Part shown: in pieces, positions 49,336 to 57,846 of the stretch
Numbering within the stretch: position 1 is the first letter of the stretch
Layout of the letters: the number at the start of each line of letters is the position of its first letter
Sequence record: SRR20825019_1354
Strand: one strand, 5' to 3'
Length of the DNA: 64,000 bases
Position numbers and translations under genes: made by a program
The notes under the pieces: model-generated
Told to the model about the DNA's origin: nothing
Databases searched by the model: none
What the model saw: the letters and a program-made list of their open reading frames with translations, nothing else

Positions 49336-49941
49336 TTAGCTCACGTTGCTACGGGCTTTGAGGGCTGCCGCAAGCGTGCCGTCATCCAGATAGTCAAGCT
49401 CGCCGCCCACGGGCACACCATGCGCAAGTGCCGTGACCTTCACACCGCTTTCAGACAAGCGTTCCGCCAGATAATGGCTGGTGGTTAGACCATCCACCGT
49501 GGCGTTGAGTGCGAGAATCACTTCGCTTACCTCGCCCGTGACCGCACGGTCGAGCAGGCTCGCGATATTCAATTCGTCCGGCCCGACACCGTCGAGGGCC
49601 GAGAGCGTGCCACCAAGCACATGATAAAGCCCCTTAAAGGTCTCGCTTCGGTCAAGCGCCCACAAGTCAGCCACATCCTCAACCACACAAATGGTGGTGC
49701 GGTCGCGCCTCACGTCTTCGCACACATGGCAGGGGTCGCTCGTGTCGATATTGCCGCACGTAGCACAGATCACGATCTTGTCCGCAACCCGCATAAGCGC
49801 ATCCGCCAGCGGGATCATCACGCTGTCTTTTTTCTTGAGAAGCTGAAGCGTAGACCGCCGCGCAGAGCGTGGGCCCAGCCCCGGCAATTTTGCCAGAAGC
49901 TGGATCAGCGTATCGATTTCACTGCCGTGGGAACGGGGCAT
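49336..49941 (-). CDS. recR: Recombination mediator RecR
   Basis: LPGLGPRSA HhH, C4 zinc finger, YHVLGG, N.TV.G..T, G.ELDYLD.GTL. Confidence 0.98.
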   Translation of the reverse strand: MPRSHGSEIDTLIQLLAKLPGLGPRSARRSTLQLLKKKDSVMIPLADALMRVADKIVICATCGNIDTSDPCHVCEDVRRDRTTICVVEDVADLWALDRSETFKGLYHVLGGTLSALDGVGPDELNIASLLDRAVTGEVSEVILALNATVDGLTTSHYLAERLSESGVKVTALAHGVPVGGELDYLDDGTLAAALKARSNVS

Positions 49942-49944
49942 AGA

Positions 49945-50421
49945 CTAGGAACCTGAGTTTTCAGTATCAAGCGGCAGGCCGTTCTTAACTCCAAGACCGA
50001 TAAACAGCACAAGCCCCAGGTAATAAAACAGCGACACCAGCGCAAACACAAAACCCCATACATCAAGCGGCATGTTGGTAAGTGCATCCATAAAGCGCGC
50101 GCTTTCGCCCTCGCTCATGGTTGCAAGCGTGATCGCCGCCATATTCGCGGCTGAGCACAGGTAAGAAACCATCAGGCAACCCAGCGCCAGTTTCCATTTC
50201 TCGGTGCCTTCAAGGCTGCGCTCATGGTCTTTGGCAAAACGTACGCCCGCAAAAAAGCCGGACAGAAGCAATATGGCAATGCTGCCCAACCGCCCGAAAT
50301 TGATACCAAAGCCAAGGCTGACACCGGTGAGTGCAAGCATGGCGCAAATATACCAAACCGCGAAGGTGCCGATGGTTGGCATCAAACGCGCGTTGCCCTG
50401 TTGTGTGTCTTCTTCTGTCAT
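49945..50421 (-). CDS. Four-TM membrane protein (ABZJ_00895-like)
   Basis: Four hydrophobic segments; F.K...R.....EKW.L pattern. Confidence 0.55.
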   Translation of the reverse strand: MTEEDTQQGNARLMPTIGTFAVWYICAMLALTGVSLGFGINFGRLGSIAILLLSGFFAGVRFAKDHERSLEGTEKWKLALGCLMVSYLCSAANMAAITLATMSEGESARFMDALTNMPLDVWGFVFALVSLFYYLGLVLFIGLGVKNGLPLDTENSGS

Positions 50422-50425
50422 GCCG

Positions 50426-50707
50426 TTAGCCTACCCTGCCCAAATATTCTTCCATCAGCTTTTTGCGGAATTTCCGGTCACGTTTCAAGTGCCATTCCCG
50501 GCTCATGGCCTCCGGCCGGGTTTTAAATTCTTCTGAGTAGAGGACTACCCAAACCCGCCCGCGTGTCGATTTCGCGCCCGTTCCAGCGTTGTGAGCGACC
50601 AGCCGTTTCTCAACATCGGTTGTCCAGCCCACATAAGTTCTCGCGGTGCCATCTTTGACACTGCCAAGAATATAGGTGAAGCAGGGATATTCAAACGTGT
50701 CCGTCAA
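50426..50707 (-). CDS. GIY-YIG nuclease family protein (UPF0213/YhbQ-like)
   Basis: FTYIL, YVGWTTD...RL..HN.G.GAK.TRGR, AM.REW.LK. Confidence 0.9.
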   Translation of the reverse strand: MTDTFEYPCFTYILGSVKDGTARTYVGWTTDVEKRLVAHNAGTGAKSTRGRVWVVLYSEEFKTRPEAMSREWHLKRDRKFRKKLMEEYLGRVG

Positions 50708-50711
50708 TTGC

Positions 50712-51035
50712 TCAGAAAGGCATCTTGAAACCAGGTGGTAGGTCCAAGCCGCCAGTAAGGTCTTTCATACGGTCCTGCATGGCGTCTGCCGCTTTGGCTC
50801 TCGCCTGCGCATGGGCGGCAACAATCAGATCTTCCACCACTTCCTGTTCCTCGCTTGAGAACAAGCTCGGGTCAATCGATACGGATTTCATGTCACCTTT
50901 GGCGGTGAGCACCACCCGCACCATGCCAGCGCCGGCCGTGCCGTCCACCTCAACCGTGTCCAGCTCCGCCTGCATGTCACCCATTTTGGACTGCATTTCC
51001 TGCGCTTTTTTCAGCATCTCGGAAAGGTTTTTCAT
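50712..51035 (-). CDS. ybaB: Nucleoid-associated protein YbaB/EbfC
   Basis: M.K.AQ.MQ, G.AG.G.V, EDLI.AA, TGGL.LP.G.K.PF. Confidence 0.96.
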   Translation of the reverse strand: MKNLSEMLKKAQEMQSKMGDMQAELDTVEVDGTAGAGMVRVVLTAKGDMKSVSIDPSLFSSEEQEVVEDLIVAAHAQARAKAADAMQDRMKDLTGGLDLPPGFKMPF

Positions 51036-51053
51036 TGCTCAATCGCTCCAGAC

Positions 51054-52841
51054 TTAAAAATCAAACTCTGAGGTATCATCCGCGTCATCAAAGGAAACAC
51101 CCTCAAGCGGGTCATCGCTCGCGCTAAGGTCTTCCTCCTCCGCCCGGCTGTCCCGCACGTGGATAAGTTCGGCGTCCGGGAAGGACGAGAGCAGGGCTTT
51201 CACAATCGGCTCCGCCAGCGCTTCATCACGGCGTTTTTTGTCGCGCGCGATTTCCTTGTCGCGGATGGTGATCTCACCCTCGGCGTCCCGCGTGATGGTG
51301 ATCTGCCAGTCCACACCGGTCCACATCTTGAGGCAGGATTTAACCCGCATCATGAAGTCCGGCGGAATCTGGCGAAGCGTGCGGATCGTAATCGAGCCCG
51401 GCTTATAGTTCACGAGCCGCACATGGTCCTTCAAAAGCACTGCGAGCGAAGCTTCTTTCTCGGCATTAAAAAGTGCGACGAGCTTCTCAAAATCCACCGG
51501 CATGGGGTGTTTGGCGTGGTCATCGCCATAAGACGCATCATTCTTGAACGCGAGCACTTGCGCGCCTTGCTGCGCTGTTGGCCCTTGCCCCGTTGAGGCT
51601 TGCGGCGCTTGCTGGCCGGATATGGCGTGTACATTGCCACCACCACCTGACGGCGCAGGCGCACCGCTGGGCGTACTACCGCTGCCGCTTTGAAGTTGCT
51701 TCACCAGGTCAGCCGGGCTGGGCAGGTTGGCTGCATAACATAGCCGAATGAGAACCATCTCCGCAGCCGCAATCGGACTTGGTGCGGTACGAACCTCACC
51801 AAGGCCCTTGAGGAGCATCTGCCACGCACGGGTCAGATGCGGCATGCTGAGATTTTGCGCCATCTCGCCGCCCTGTGTGCGCTCCGCTTCGGAAACCAGC
51901 GTATCCGTGCCCGTGTCCGGCGTAACTTTAAGCCGCGTGAGCCAATGGGTAACCTCCAAGAGGTCATTCAGCACCACAGCCGGGTCCGCGCCTGCGTCAT
52001 ACTGGTGCCGAAGCGTTGCAAGGCCTGTGGCCACATCGCCTTTCATCAGTTGCTCGAACAGGTCCAGCACAAGCGCCCGGTCAGCAAGGCCGAGCATGTC
52101 CCGCACCTGGCTTTCCGTCACCTCACCCGCACCATGCGCGATGGCCTGATCCAGAAGCGACAGGCTGTCCCGCACCGACCCTTCTGCCGCACGTGCAATC
52201 AGCTTAAGCGCGCCATCTTCCGCTTTGCAGCCTTCTTGCTCAACAAGCTTGGCCAGATGGGCAATCAGCACGTCCGCCTCAACACGCTTGAGGTCAAACC
52301 GCTGGCAACGCGACAGCACCGTCACCGGGAGTTTTCTGATCTCTGTGGTCGCGAAAATAAATTTCACATGCTCAGGCGGCTCTTCAAGCGTTTTAAGAAG
52401 CGCGTTGAACGCGTTCTTTGAAAGCATGTGCACTTCATCGATGATGTATATTTTATAACGCGCAGAAACGGGGGCGTACCGCACGCTCTCGATAATCTCG
52501 CGAATGTCATCAACACCGGTGCGGGAGGCCGCATCCATCTCCAGCACATCAACATGTCGGCTTTCCGCAATGGCCTTGCAGTTATCGCACGCACCACAAG
52601 GGTTGATGGAAGGCCCATCATGCACCGTACAGTTCAGCGCTTTGGCGATAATACGCGCCGTGGTGGTTTTTCCGACCCCGCGAACCCCTGTCAGCACAAA
52701 GGCATGCGCCAGCCTACCGCTATCAATAGCGTTTGAAAGCGTGCGCACCATGGCTTGCTGCCCGATAAGACTATCGAAGTCAGACGGGCGGTACTTACGG
52801 GCCAGCACCCTGTAGTTTTGTGATTGTGCCTTGTCGCTCAT
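51054..52841 (-). CDS. dnaX: DNA polymerase III subunit gamma/tau
   Basis: LARKYRP, GVGKTT, zinc Cys cluster, DAAS, IDEVHM, SRC; start at ATG 52841. Confidence 0.97.
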   Translation of the reverse strand: MSDKAQSQNYRVLARKYRPSDFDSLIGQQAMVRTLSNAIDSGRLAHAFVLTGVRGVGKTTTARIIAKALNCTVHDGPSINPCGACDNCKAIAESRHVDVLEMDAASRTGVDDIREIIESVRYAPVSARYKIYIIDEVHMLSKNAFNALLKTLEEPPEHVKFIFATTEIRKLPVTVLSRCQRFDLKRVEADVLIAHLAKLVEQEGCKAEDGALKLIARAAEGSVRDSLSLLDQAIAHGAGEVTESQVRDMLGLADRALVLDLFEQLMKGDVATGLATLRHQYDAGADPAVVLNDLLEVTHWLTRLKVTPDTGTDTLVSEAERTQGGEMAQNLSMPHLTRAWQMLLKGLGEVRTAPSPIAAAEMVLIRLCYAANLPSPADLVKQLQSGSGSTPSGAPAPSGGGGNVHAISGQQAPQASTGQGPTAQQGAQVLAFKNDASYGDDHAKHPMPVDFEKLVALFNAEKEASLAVLLKDHVRLVNYKPGSITIRTLRQIPPDFMMRVKSCLKMWTGVDWQITITRDAEGEITIRDKEIARDKKRRDEALAEPIVKALLSSFPDAELIHVRDSRAEEEDLSASDDPLEGVSFDDADDTSEFDF

Positions 52842-53041
52842 TTTAATGTGCGTCCCCCACTTGTGCGCATTCTTCAGGGTCATTCTTGATTTTCATGACT
52901 AGCAGGATTGACCGCATGGGGAAAGGCCAAAGCACCATTTTGAAGGCTTGGGAAAATACCGAACACCCGATGACAGGCGGAGCAAGATTTCCCGCGCGTG
53001 TCATGCGAATTTCATGAAGTATTCTGAAAAATAGGATGATG

Positions 53042-53137
53042 GGTGGGAGGGCCTGCACGACCCATGCACAACTCGTTACGGCTGCTTCCTTTCGGACCTG
53101 ACCGGGTTGGCGAGCGGAATGTCCGCCGGCTCTCCCG
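53042..53137 (-). ncRNA. ffs: Signal recognition particle (4.5S) RNA
   Basis: Minus strand contains TCAGGTCCGAAAGGAAGCAGC (helix 8) inside a long hairpin closed by GGGAG/CTCCC; upstream of dnaX. Confidence 0.95.
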
Positions 53138-53222
53138 TCGGTGTATATGGCGATTCTTGATCTGACTTGCAAGAGGAATGTGCCCGCCCTAGCTTACTCC
53201 GCAATGATAACGGGAGAAAAAC

Positions 53223-54146
53223 GTGGCCTTAGGTACCGTAACCACTGCATTTTCAGGTAATCCGCTCGACCGGGCAGACCAATTGCGTACAGATGACGAA
53301 ATTCTGGGTGCCTGGGCGCAAAGAGATGACGCTCGATTCGTGCTGATTGCCGAAGGCAAGGTACTGACCGATGAGTTTGGCGATATACTGTGGGTAAGTG
53401 CTGCAAAATGTCGTTTTCTCCCTATCGGCACAACAGTCTTTCTCGGGCTGGACAAAGGACCTGGCGGCGACGCACCGCGCTACGGTGCCGAATTGAACGG
53501 CTCACCAGAAGAATTTGATGACATGTTCACCCCCGGCAAGTTCCGGGAGCCACGCGCTATCGGCCTCAAGTTCGGGCACGCTCACCCCAGCCTCGGCATC
53601 ATCGCGCAGGCCAAATCCATGCTGTCATGGCATGCGAGCCACCAGTTTTGTGCCAAATGCGGCGCACCCTCAACGCTGAGCAAAGCCGGGTACGAGCGCA
53701 AGTGTGACACGTGCGAGGCCAGCCACTTCCCGCGTACGGATCCGGTGGTGATCATGCTCGCCTTCTATGGTGACAAAGCGCTGGTGGGCCGCGGCCATCA
53801 TGTACCGCCCGGTTTTTATTCAGCGCTTGCTGGTTTTATGGAGCCGGGAGAAACAATAGAAGAAGCCGTCGCGCGCGAGCTTTATGAAGAAGTGGGCGTG
53901 CACACCACCAAGGTTGAGTATAAAACCAGCCAACCCTGGCCGTGGCCGTCTACGCTCATGATCGGATGTTTTGCGTGGGTAGAGGATGACGAGCTGACGA
54001 TCGACCCCACCGAGATTGACGACGCGATCTGGATTACCAAGGAACAGGCCCGCGATGTACTTGCGGGAAAAAACAACGACTTTTTCCTGCCACCCTTCAT
54101 TGCGATCGCCCGGGACCTGATGGACATCTGGCTCAGCGAGGCATAA
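53223..54146 (+). CDS. nudC: NAD(+) diphosphatase/NAD-cap decapping enzyme NudC
   Basis: FC..CG and C..C zinc finger, FPRTDP, Nudix box GE..E.AV.RE..EEVG, SQPWPWP. Confidence 0.95.
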   Translation: MALGTVTTAFSGNPLDRADQLRTDDEILGAWAQRDDARFVLIAEGKVLTDEFGDILWVSAAKCRFLPIGTTVFLGLDKGPGGDAPRYGAELNGSPEEFDDMFTPGKFREPRAIGLKFGHAHPSLGIIAQAKSMLSWHASHQFCAKCGAPSTLSKAGYERKCDTCEASHFPRTDPVVIMLAFYGDKALVGRGHHVPPGFYSALAGFMEPGETIEEAVARELYEEVGVHTTKVEYKTSQPWPWPSTLMIGCFAWVEDDELTIDPTEIDDAIWITKEQARDVLAGKNNDFFLPPFIAIARDLMDIWLSEA

Positions 54147-54169
54147 ATATCCGAGTCTCACGCGGCACT

Positions 54170-54208
54170 TTATTGCACTTGCAATAATAGCTTCTACAGG
54201 TGCAATAA
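54170..54208. promoter_or_regulatory. Operator-like palindrome with an extra half-site
   Basis: TTATTGCA-CT-TGCAATAA (54170-54187), with TGCAATAA repeated 21 bp downstream (54201-54208). Confidence 0.55.
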
Positions 54209-54363
54209 TTCTTCATCACAATACCGTTAATTAGGCAGAATTACTGTAAAATTTTCCTAAAAGTATCTGAAACGTTAAGTATTCATGTTAGAGTAAACAT
54301 GTTGTTAAGATTTGTTCAGGGTCGCCCTTTAATACTAAGCCAGAATGGCACATGGAGGCGTCT

Positions 54364-54843
54364 ATGAGAATGTCTGAACCGCAGCAGAATATGCTGAGCC
54401 ACTGGACCAAGCTTTCCATGCGTGATGGAGCCCTCCCTTCCCGCGCAGATATGAGGCTTCAGGACATCGGCAGATACGCATCGAAGATCATAATTGTCGA
54501 TATCAAGACCGATCCGCTAGACTTCGAATACCGCCTTATCGGGCAGGATGTCGCTGACGAGTTGGATCAGGACTATACCGGCATTCGAATATCTGAACTC
54601 CCAGGAAAAGGGCCCGGAAGTGACTTCTGGGACCATATGATCAAGACGTGCGAGGAAGGCCGCCCAAACTTCTGGACGGAGATATGCAAGCAAGCCAAGG
54701 TTGGCGAGAAAGAGGCGGCAACGCTTTATCTTCCGCTTGCATCGGATCACAAAACCCCTGACAAGGTTATGCTTGTGATCCAGTTTGGCCGTAGCAAGGT
54801 CCGCCCGATCCAGATCCAGCAGGCTCCGCATTATTACGCATAA
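54364..54843 (+). CDS. Stand-alone PAS domain protein (PAS_5/DUF1457-like)
   Basis: W......LP.R.D, F.YRL.G, D.TG, LPL..D pattern; GGAGG 5 nt before ATG 54364. Confidence 0.8.
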   Translation: MRMSEPQQNMLSHWTKLSMRDGALPSRADMRLQDIGRYASKIIIVDIKTDPLDFEYRLIGQDVADELDQDYTGIRISELPGKGPGSDFWDHMIKTCEEGRPNFWTEICKQAKVGEKEAATLYLPLASDHKTPDKVMLVIQFGRSKVRPIQIQQAPHYYA

Positions 54844-54858
54844 GTCGGTGTAAAATAT

Positions 54859-54889
54859 GAAACCGCTGGGGGAAACCTCAGCCGTTTCA
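54859..54889. terminator. Stem-loop between convergent PAS and cupin genes
   Basis: TGAAAC-C-GCTGGGG-GAAA-CCTCAGC-C-GTTTCA. Confidence 0.5.
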
Positions 54890-54900
54890 AGTTTGTTTCC

Positions 54901-55305
54901 CTACTTGTTGCGCACGGTGTTTGGCACACCCTGTGCCCCCGCATAAAACACAACAATCTTCACCATCTCGCTGCCCCGATTATGGCCTTGGTGCGGTGTA
55001 TGCTGGGCTTCAACAAGCGTATCCCCAACACCGATCACCTTCACTTCACCGGTTTCATATTCAACCGTCAGCTCACCTGACAGCACATAGCCAAATGTTG
55101 GCACGGGGTGGCTGTGCCAACCGTTGCTGTCCCCCGGTTCCATAGTGATCATGATGCCAGTGATCTCGGCCGGGTCACCATTGGGGTAAGAAATCGGGTT
55201 GCCAAGGATATCCTTATCCGCCTTCATCAATTCTTCAACACCGGCGAAAGATGCAGGTGTTGTGAGCATAACGGTAACGGCCAATCCACAAAGGGACTTC
55301 AGCAT
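54901..55305 (-). CDS. Secreted cupin domain protein
   Basis: Signal peptide, PG...GWHSH....YV.SGEL, E....H.G.N.G. Confidence 0.88.
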   Translation of the reverse strand: MLKSLCGLAVTVMLTTPASFAGVEELMKADKDILGNPISYPNGDPAEITGIMITMEPGDSNGWHSHPVPTFGYVLSGELTVEYETGEVKVIGVGDTLVEAQHTPHQGHNRGSEMVKIVVFYAGAQGVPNTVRNK

Positions 55306-55309
55306 TTCA

Positions 55310-55612
55310 CTACTCCCCGGCGAAACGGTTCATCGCCGTCGCCATATCGATATCGAGTGAGGTGACACCGTCTGCGTCATGCGTGGTCATTTTCACTTCA
55401 ACACGGTTATAAACATTGAACCACTCCGGGTGATGATCCATTTTTTCCGCGAGAAGCGCGGCCCTGTTCATAAAGGCCCACGCTTCTGAAAAATCAGCAA
55501 ACTTGAAGGTTTTGTTGATCGCCAGCGCTTCCGTATCATAAGCCCAGCCCGCTAGCTTACCCAGCGCGTCAGCGCGGGCAGCGTCGTCAAGTTTCTGTGG
55601 TCGTGTACTCAT
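55310..55612 (-). CDS. phhB: Pterin-4a-carbinolamine dehydratase
   Basis: F.DF..AW.FM, AE..DHHPEW.NVYN.V, TH..D. Confidence 0.95.
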   Translation of the reverse strand: MSTRPQKLDDAARADALGKLAGWAYDTEALAINKTFKFADFSEAWAFMNRAALLAEKMDHHPEWFNVYNRVEVKMTTHDADGVTSLDIDMATAMNRFAGE

Positions 55613-55641
55613 GGCTCTTCCCCTAACAATGCATCAAAATA

Positions 55642-56343
55642 TCATGCCAAAATTTCTTCTACGAGTTTTGGCACAAGCTCGCCCGCGCGTCCATGGCGGC
55701 ACTCCCCAAAATAGCTAACGCCCTGGCTTGGCTCCAAATTCACCTCAATGGTGTGGGCGTAGCCAATGGCACGCACTTCAGCCACAAACCCGGCAGCAGG
55801 ATACACATTACCGCTCGTGCCGATAGAGACAAACAAGTCACATGCCGCAAGCCGCGCCATAATCTCGTCCATCTGGAAAGGCATTTCACCAAACCATACG
55901 ATATGCGGCCGAAGCGCGGGAGCGAGAGCGCAGGCCGGGCACTGTGTTGCCTGCTCACAGTCACCGTCCCAAAGGTGAACCGTCATGCAGCTTTCGCACC
56001 GCACTTTCACAAGCTCCCCGTGCATATGGATGATATTTTGGGACCCCGCTCGTTCGTGCAGGTTATCAACATTCTGGGTCACGACAGTAACCTCACCACT
56101 GAACTCCCGCTCAAGCCGCGCGAGGGCTTGATGGGCGAGGTTCGGTTCAATGTCCCTCAATTGTGCCCGCCTCAGGTTATAAAACCGTTGTACAAGGTTT
56201 GGGTTGCGGGCGAAAGCTTCAGGTGTTGCAACATCTTCCACCCGGTGTTCTTCCCAAAGCCCACCGTTGTCGCGGAAGGTGCGCACACCGGATTCGGCCG
56301 AAACGCCCGCCCCTGTCAGCACAACAATGTTTTTATAAGGCAT
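55642..56343 (-). CDS. cobB: NAD-dependent protein deacylase (sirtuin, class III)
   Basis: GAGVSAESG..TFR, FYNLRR (YxxR), TQNVD.LHE, HG, C4 zinc site, GTSG.VYPAA. Confidence 0.95.
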   Translation of the reverse strand: MPYKNIVVLTGAGVSAESGVRTFRDNGGLWEEHRVEDVATPEAFARNPNLVQRFYNLRRAQLRDIEPNLAHQALARLEREFSGEVTVVTQNVDNLHERAGSQNIIHMHGELVKVRCESCMTVHLWDGDCEQATQCPACALAPALRPHIVWFGEMPFQMDEIMARLAACDLFVSIGTSGNVYPAAGFVAEVRAIGYAHTIEVNLEPSQGVSYFGECRHGRAGELVPKLVEEILA

Positions 56344-56438
56344 TTAGGGCACCCCCTTTCGCTTTTTCCGCCAATCGGTTACGTCTTGCGTGTATGTTTT
56401 AGCCGAGAAACGAGACCAAGGCCAACAGGGGTACACAC

Positions 56439-56915
56439 ATGGTGGTGAAAGTTTTATTTGTCTGCATGGGGAACATCTGCCGCTCACCGATGGCGGAAGG
56501 GGCCTTCCGCGCCGCCGCAGAGAAGGCAGGCCTTCTCGACAGGTTCGAGATTGATAGCGCAGGCACCATCGGCTATCACGCTGGCTCACCGCCCGACAAA
56601 CGCGCCATCGCAACCGCAAAAGAACGCGGGATCGACATCTCTCTCCAGCGGTCCCGCAAGGTGGAAGACGCGGATTTCAGTACATTCGACTATATTCTGG
56701 TGATGGACCATGACAACCTGCGGGACGTGATGGAGCGCTGCCCGGACGAATATAAAGACCGGATTTCCCTGTTTTTGACTCACGCGCCGGATATGCCGCT
56801 TGATGAAATGCCCGACCCCTACCAAGGACATATCAGCCAGTTTGATAGCTGCTATCTGGCGGCGATGGACGCGTCTGATGGCTTGCTGGCCAAGATAAAA
56901 GCTGAGCGCTTCTAG
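56439..56915 (+). CDS. Low molecular weight protein-tyrosine phosphatase
   Basis: VCMGNICRSP P-loop, DSAG, DPY general-acid loop. Confidence 0.95.
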   Translation: MVVKVLFVCMGNICRSPMAEGAFRAAAEKAGLLDRFEIDSAGTIGYHAGSPPDKRAIATAKERGIDISLQRSRKVEDADFSTFDYILVMDHDNLRDVMERCPDEYKDRISLFLTHAPDMPLDEMPDPYQGHISQFDSCYLAAMDASDGLLAKIKAERF

Positions 56916-56923
56916 AAGAACCC

Positions 56924-57832
56924 ATGGCCTCACCGCTTGCAAAAAAGCTTGAAAAAGCATTGGGTTGTGGGATCAAGGGGTCCAGGCCCATGCACGGGGG
57001 AGACATTGCTGATGTCTCGCTTCTGACCCTCCAGAACGGTGCGCGCGTGGTTGCCAAACGCCCGCGCGCCGACCAACCCGACACCACCGACACAGAAGCC
57101 CTTATGCTTCAACACCTTAAGGCGCACTCCAGCCTGCCCGTGCCGGATATACTTTTCCACGCGCCCGGCATATTGGTGCTGAGCCATATCCCTCACGCAG
57201 GCCCACAGGATGTTGCACTTGCATCAAAATCTGTGGCTATAAATGTGGCGCAATTACATGCATGTGTGGCGGAATCCGTGTCAGGTTTTGGGCGAAGTGC
57301 GGCGAAAGGTGTGACAAAACCCTATGGCTTCAAACACGACACCTATATCGGCCCGCTGGTGCAACAAAATGCGGTGAGCGCGAGCTGGGTTTCCTTTTTT
57401 AGGGACCGGCGCTTGCTCGCCATGGCAGGCTCGTGCCAGCGCACCGATAAACTGAGCAGCAGCGATTACGCCCGGGTGGAAAAACTCGCGCTCAAACTTG
57501 GTGACCTGATCCCCGACACCCCACCCGCCAGCCTGCTGCACGGGGACCTGTGGGCGGGGAACATGCTGATAGATGGCGACCATGCCGCAGGTTTCATCGA
57601 TCCTGCGATTTCATACGGTCATAATGAGATGGACCTGGCGTTTATCGACCTGATGGGCGGCCTCGACCCGGTGTTTTTTGATGCCTACAATGAACACCGC
57701 CCCATCGAACCGGGCTTTCATGAAGAACGCAAATCCATCTACCAGCTTTGGCCGCTTCTGGTGCATGTCCGCCTGTTTGGGGGCGGGTATGTCGCTCAGG
57801 TCAGCCGCATACTTGAGCAGTTCGACTGTTAG
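56924..57832 (+). CDS. Fructosamine/ketosamine-3-kinase family protein
   Basis: GG.I, E...L..L, W..F....R, LLHGDLW.GN, IDPA..YG..E.DLA, YQL.PLL.H..LFG..Y. Confidence 0.92.
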   Translation: MASPLAKKLEKALGCGIKGSRPMHGGDIADVSLLTLQNGARVVAKRPRADQPDTTDTEALMLQHLKAHSSLPVPDILFHAPGILVLSHIPHAGPQDVALASKSVAINVAQLHACVAESVSGFGRSAAKGVTKPYGFKHDTYIGPLVQQNAVSASWVSFFRDRRLLAMAGSCQRTDKLSSSDYARVEKLALKLGDLIPDTPPASLLHGDLWAGNMLIDGDHAAGFIDPAISYGHNEMDLAFIDLMGGLDPVFFDAYNEHRPIEPGFHEERKSIYQLWPLLVHVRLFGGGYVAQVSRILEQFDC

Positions 57833-57846
57833 ACTGAGTTTGGCTC

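Noticed and set aside
51234-51240. Programmed -1 frameshift in dnaX
   Set aside because: The only A6 run noticed is followed by C, lies near the C-terminus, and lacks the A-AAA-AAG plus hairpin context.
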